From the NCBI RefSeq assembly GCF_000002075.1, contig NW_004797349.1, positions 1,646,776-1,710,775 of the forward strand: a DNA stretch of 64,000 bases, in the 5' to 3' direction. Position 1 is the first letter of the stretch; each line of letters starts with the position of its first letter. The notes under the pieces are model-generated. The model was not told where the DNA came from. It was given only the letters and a program-made list of their open reading frames with translations, and made no database searches. This DNA is from Aplysia californica. Lineage: Eukaryota. This document shows positions 59,436-64,000 of this stretch, piece by piece. Both the position numbers and the translations under genes were made by a program.

Positions 59436-60221
59436 TATTTTGTTTCTTTATTTTTTTAAAGTGTTTACAGAACTACATTTACAAAGTAGCAAAATGCACA
59501 TGGAAAGGCCTACCATTTGTTGTTTTTTCACAAATAAATTATGGTCAGGAAATGTTGCTGAACTTGTTTTGAGAACAAAACTTATCTCTTTACAATATTA
59601 CATGTACCTAACAGTACTTGCAGCAGTAACCTTACAAATTACAACCCCATTGATACAACTTGGAAGGTTAAGGAGGCAGGCTGCTTTGATTCTCTTTGTC
59701 AAGACTAACATGGGCTGAAGGAGATGAAGTATCCCATAAGTTTTAGCAAGTCTTACAGCACTTGCAACACAATTGGTGAATTATATCACAACAAAGTTTG
59801 AACTCTAGTGAGACCAGAATTTAACTCTTATTTACTGGATAGTTTGCTCTCTGACTCTGTTCAAGGGATCATTGTGCTTGCAAGAAAGTGTTTAGAACTC
59901 AAAGGCAAGCAGAAAAATAACAAAACAAATGAATTTCAAAAGACACACTTTGTATTAAATTGTATTTTCAGACAATGAAAAAAATGCATGATGACAATTT
60001 TTACATACCGTACATGAACATGTAAAATCCCAAGCCAAAAAGTACAGTCAACAGGAGACATAAAGACAGTGAGCGTAACACTTGATGATCATTTTCCAAC
60101 ACATGACACGCCCAAATACACACCATACTTATGGAAACATTCATTAAATTCATTTACCACTGAAAAAAACAACCAATCACACGGACCTGATAGTCATAGC
60201 TTTGTCCTGATTCTGTCATTT

Positions 60222-60635
60222 TGTTTTATTTAGTAGAGGTTTTACGGCGCTCCCAACTGCATAAGGTCATACGAGCGCCAAGGGGTGGATGTCAACAGAA
60301 GCCCGTACAGGGAATCGGGCTTACTCTGCTCACCTCTCGAGCTTCAGCAGCACAAAGTCTGCTTCGACTATCAATGCACCCCGTAAATAGGTCACAAGAG
60401 TATAACAAACATACAAAAGAAATAGAGGAAATGACGATAGTAAGGATTAGGAAAGAAAAAGCAGCAGTTCCCTGTTGCAGTTCAGGCACTGTTATGAGCA
60501 TGACAATATGACATTGTCGAATCAGCCCAATTACAATAACAATTCTACTGTGCATAAGAACATGGTTAATGCCTCTTCTCCCCCCCCCCAGGGAATGGCC
60601 TTAAGACACTTCAGTCAGTGGCACCGCCCCGGTGA
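60222..60635 (-). mobile_element. Short retroposon family B, copy 2
   Basis: Colinear with B1; degenerate TSD gattctgtcattt / gatattgtcattt. Confidence 0.8.
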
Positions 60636-60798
60636 GATATTGTCATTTGTACTTCTGCTGAAATCATTGGTGCAAGAATACCTGGATTACTCTTCTGGAT
60701 AGAAATTCATTGTTTGAGTACGGTTTCCTTTGTAACACAATCTAGGTATAATGCAGGTTAGACCCAGAAGTGTATTTGATTCTTCTGTCTTAAAGATA

Positions 60799-61580
60799 CA
60801 GTGGGTGTTGTATTCAACGAGGTCACCTTCAACGAGAAGTCGGCTCCAACGAGGAAATCCTTAATCCCCGATTTTTTCCTCTATATCTCTTTGTAAATGT
60901 ATGTCAGCTCCAACGAGGTTGCAAACAGACCGAAGTCGCTTTCAACGAGGTTGCGATAACCAAATAAAGGCAATTAGCTGCCCCAAAAGCGAATAATTTT
61001 TCTCCTTTCTCTACATCTCACGAGAAGCACAAGGCCAATCCTCGATTCCAAACAGATTGTATTGCTAGGTCTTGTGTGCCTCCATTATATGGGCCCCAAA
61101 GCCAAGAGGGTGGATGAGGGTTAGCCTACGGTAGGGATGGGAGGGGGTGGGTGAGAACGCGATGCGGGCTGTGTGAAACTGAGTGAACTCAGGATGGGTA
61201 GGTCTAGATTGAGACCATTTTTTTTTCAATTTTCTTTTCTTCATCTGATCAGAAAATCCAAGTTCCCGCCTTTACTTTATGTAGATCTAAGCCTAGACGT
61301 GAGAGGGTATGTTTCCACACGTGAAGTGTTCCGGAAAAAAATATATTTAAAAATTCAGAAAAGAGGGCCAGAACACAGCTCAAACACGCATACACTGATG
61401 CTGTTTGAGATTTTCGTCATCAGGGGGAACAACTGTTTTAATTACTGGTATTGGTACATCGTGTAATATAATAACGTGTCTCTTTTCATTTCTTTAGCCT
61501 TTGTCACGTTCAACGAGAGGTCGGATCCAACGAGTACAACAAGCCGGTCCCGGCAACCTCGTTGAATGCCACACCCACTG
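60799..61580. mobile_element. pogo/Tigger-like MITE
   Basis: 24-bp TIR CAGTGGGTGTTGTATTCAACGAGG / CCTCGTTGAATGCCACACCCACTG, TA on the left, repeated CAACGAG motifs. Confidence 0.82.
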
Positions 61581-61737
61581 TTGTTGACTTTCACTCCATC
61601 CACCTCCCTAACTTTCATACTTTCTTTTCTTTTTAATGGTATTTTTTTCTTTCACTTTTTGTGCAAAGTAATATGTTAAAAGTACAGAATGAAGCACTGT
61701 CATAAAACAAGTGTGTGAGGAACACAGAGATTACGAG

Positions 61738-62252
61738 GGGCTCTCGTGGCCTAGAGGTTAAGGTGTTGGCCTCTCATTCAAAGGTCCCGGGTAGCCACCT
61801 AAAAATTTCTTCTCCTAAATTGTCTCCTTTCACCTCCTTTCCTGCTCTCTAGCAATGTTCTGTTGTCTGCTTTCATTTCCACTTTCTGCCCCCACCCCCT
61901 CATCTCCTTTGCCCCCTCCACTGGGCTCCTGACTCTTTCTGCAGCCTTTCTACTGTTACTCCTTGGCTCTCCTTACTGCTGTCTTTCTGCCACACCCCTG
62001 ATCTTCTGGTAGGAAAGATCTACACCTAGTCTTCTTGGACAAGGGCGAAAAATCTCGGAGGGCCCGTGTGCAAGTTGCGCACGTTAAAGATCCCTTGGTG
62101 GTCTAAAATCGATAAGAGTAGACTTCCGCCGCCACCTGGGCAAAATTCAAAATTTCCTACCAACTGAAAATATTAGGTGTGTCCCGCGCGCTCATATGAC
62201 CTTATGCAGTTGCGAGCGCCGTAAAACACTTTACAAAAACAAAAATAAACAA
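61738..62252 (+). mobile_element. tRNA-derived SINE with Meta/RUDI-like central motif
   Basis: A-box head (TGGCCTAGAGG), central GCACGTTAAAGATCCC, tail shared with families A and B, A-rich end, perfect 12-bp TSD AGAGATTACGAG (61726-61737, 62253-62264). Confidence 0.85.
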
Positions 62253-63555
62253 AGAGATTACGAGATATGAATGTACTGACAAATGAATAGGTGGACCGAA
62301 AAGAAAAGAAAAAGACACACAGAAATCAAGGCAGGGTAGAGGATACACTGTATATTGGTGGGCAAAGACTATTCATACTGGTGTCATTGATAAAGACAAT
62401 TTCACTCACAAATGGGTGAAAACTGGAAGAAAAAAATACTTCTGGTAAGAACTTTGGCTAATTTTGAAATATATTTGACCTCTGATGACATTTTTCTTTC
62501 TCGCTCTTTCCCCAACACATATACTGGTATCGATGCATTCCCAGGCATGCATGTGAGGTAACACACCCAAAAAAATTTTACCACTGAAAAGATAAAAATA
62601 TGTAACTAACCAATAACTTTGCCATGATAGATATCCTCTTTCATTTTCATGCACACAAAAATACTGAGACTGAGAATCACTGTCAGTGTCTGGATAAAAA
62701 GAAAAGCCATCTTACACTGAACTCCAATTTGAACAACTTCAAACTGCATCATCCTGCTTCGTGCCCAATGTGCAATTTTCCATGGGCTAGGGCACATCCT
62801 TGGTTCAGTGGGTATCACTGAGCTCTGGAGCAGACAGTCCTAGTCTAAATTCCAAAAGAAATGTTCTTAAACTGGGTTGTCTGGGGAGCCGCATGGCACT
62901 GTCCTATCAGAGAGATGTTTATTTCAGAGACCCTGCCTCATACCCTTCCTTGCAGTGCTGAATGGGAAGCTATACCCATACACCTAATACAACTATCAAT
63001 TACAGCAGGCCATCAACTTCACAGCGGAAAACGAAGAGCTGAAAAAAAGCACTTTCCTCTACCACCAAGCAACCAGCTGTTACTCTTATAGGGCACAAGA
63101 ACACAACAGAAAAGATGAGCATATTCCACATTTAAAAAAAGAAAGGTTGAAAACTTAACTAATAACAGCATTTGGAATGATAACAATAACAATAATTACT
63201 ACCTTCTCACTATTTATGGGTGCAAGATAGACAAAGTAAAACCTCAAGAACTCACAAGCCTGATCAAAAACAAGTGCAAATATCCCATTCAATAAAGGAA
63301 TTATTAACTTGACATACAAGAAATAAAGTCAACACCATTTCAAATTTCCAGAAAACAGACACGCCAAGGCATTACACTCTTTTCATCAGAAAGTGAACAG
63401 GATTTCTTTCATTTACTGTAGCCTACCCATTGCTACCTAGCTAGTTTTAGCCAGGCGAAAACTGCACTCTGATCAATTTGAGACAGTTTTTAAATTCATT
63501 GCCAATGATCCAATTACAATGGGAGAAAGAGACTGTGACAGTACTAAGCATGATT

Positions 63556-63730
63556 TTATTTATTTGTTTTAGTAGACGTTTTACGGCGCTCGCAACTGCA
63601 TAAGGTCATGTGAGCGCCAGAAGATTAGAGGTGTTACAAGAGAGTAACAAACATAAAAAAGAAGAAGGGTAGATAAGGACGATAGATGTTTGATAAGAAA
63701 GAAGAAGCAGACCACACCAGAGCACCCGCC
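63556..63730 (-). mobile_element. Short retroposon family A, copy 4
   Basis: Homologous to A1; TSD AAGCATGATT at 63546-63555 and 63731-63740. Confidence 0.82.
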
Positions 63731-64000
63731 AAGCATGATTAAGATCTTTTATACGCTCACTTTGTTTCTATAATTGATTTAAATAAAAACAATTTTCAAA
63801 CTTCTCAACGATTCAAATATTCTGGAAAAGATCTATGGACAATACACAAAAAAAACTACATTAAAAGGTTATGGATACCACTCCTAAAAACCAAAAATCA
63901 CCTCATATTATGCATGAAACTGCTTCTTGCAGCACATTTTTGTCGGAAGAATGAGTAAGCTATCATAATCAATCCTTACACTGTACTCTGGCTGTTCAGT

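Noticed and set aside
61400-61430. CTGATGACGAAA on the - strand, resembling a minimal hammerhead core
   Set aside because: No helix II, no partner for the helix I arm and no NUH site in register; it lies inside a MITE.

Overview
Intron-rich animal genomic DNA (by inference a lophotrochozoan, probably a gastropod mollusc) with one 841-N assembly gap. Three complete housekeeping genes were rebuilt by hand from splice sites and reading-frame phase. (1) ENL/AF9 family YEATS-domain gene (MLLT1/MLLT3-like), - strand, 5 coding exons, about 816 aa. (2) BCCIP, + strand, 7 exons, about 287 aa, head-to-head with ENL (ATGs about 2.3 kb apart). (3) Cytoplasmic threonyl-tRNA synthetase TARS1, + strand, 20 exons, about 709 aa, whose first intron needs a GC donor. 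Introns and spacers hold many non-autonomous transposons, often nested: pogo/Tigger-, hAT/P-, Kolobok-, piggyBac- and Harbinger-like MITEs, a decayed Tc1/mariner transposase, RTE and I/Nimb LINE fragments, and tRNA SINEs. The most notable observations are: three short retroposon families (7 copies with TSDs) sharing one 3' stem-loop tail, two of them without a tRNA head but with near-fixed 5' ends; a pair of near-identical 500-bp elements in inverted orientation around the ENL start-codon exon; a perfect 64-bp palindrome whose arms are themselves hairpins; and a three-level nested transposon starting 27 nt into BCCIP intron 1. No prokaryotic systems, CRISPR arrays, rRNA or true tRNA genes were seen.
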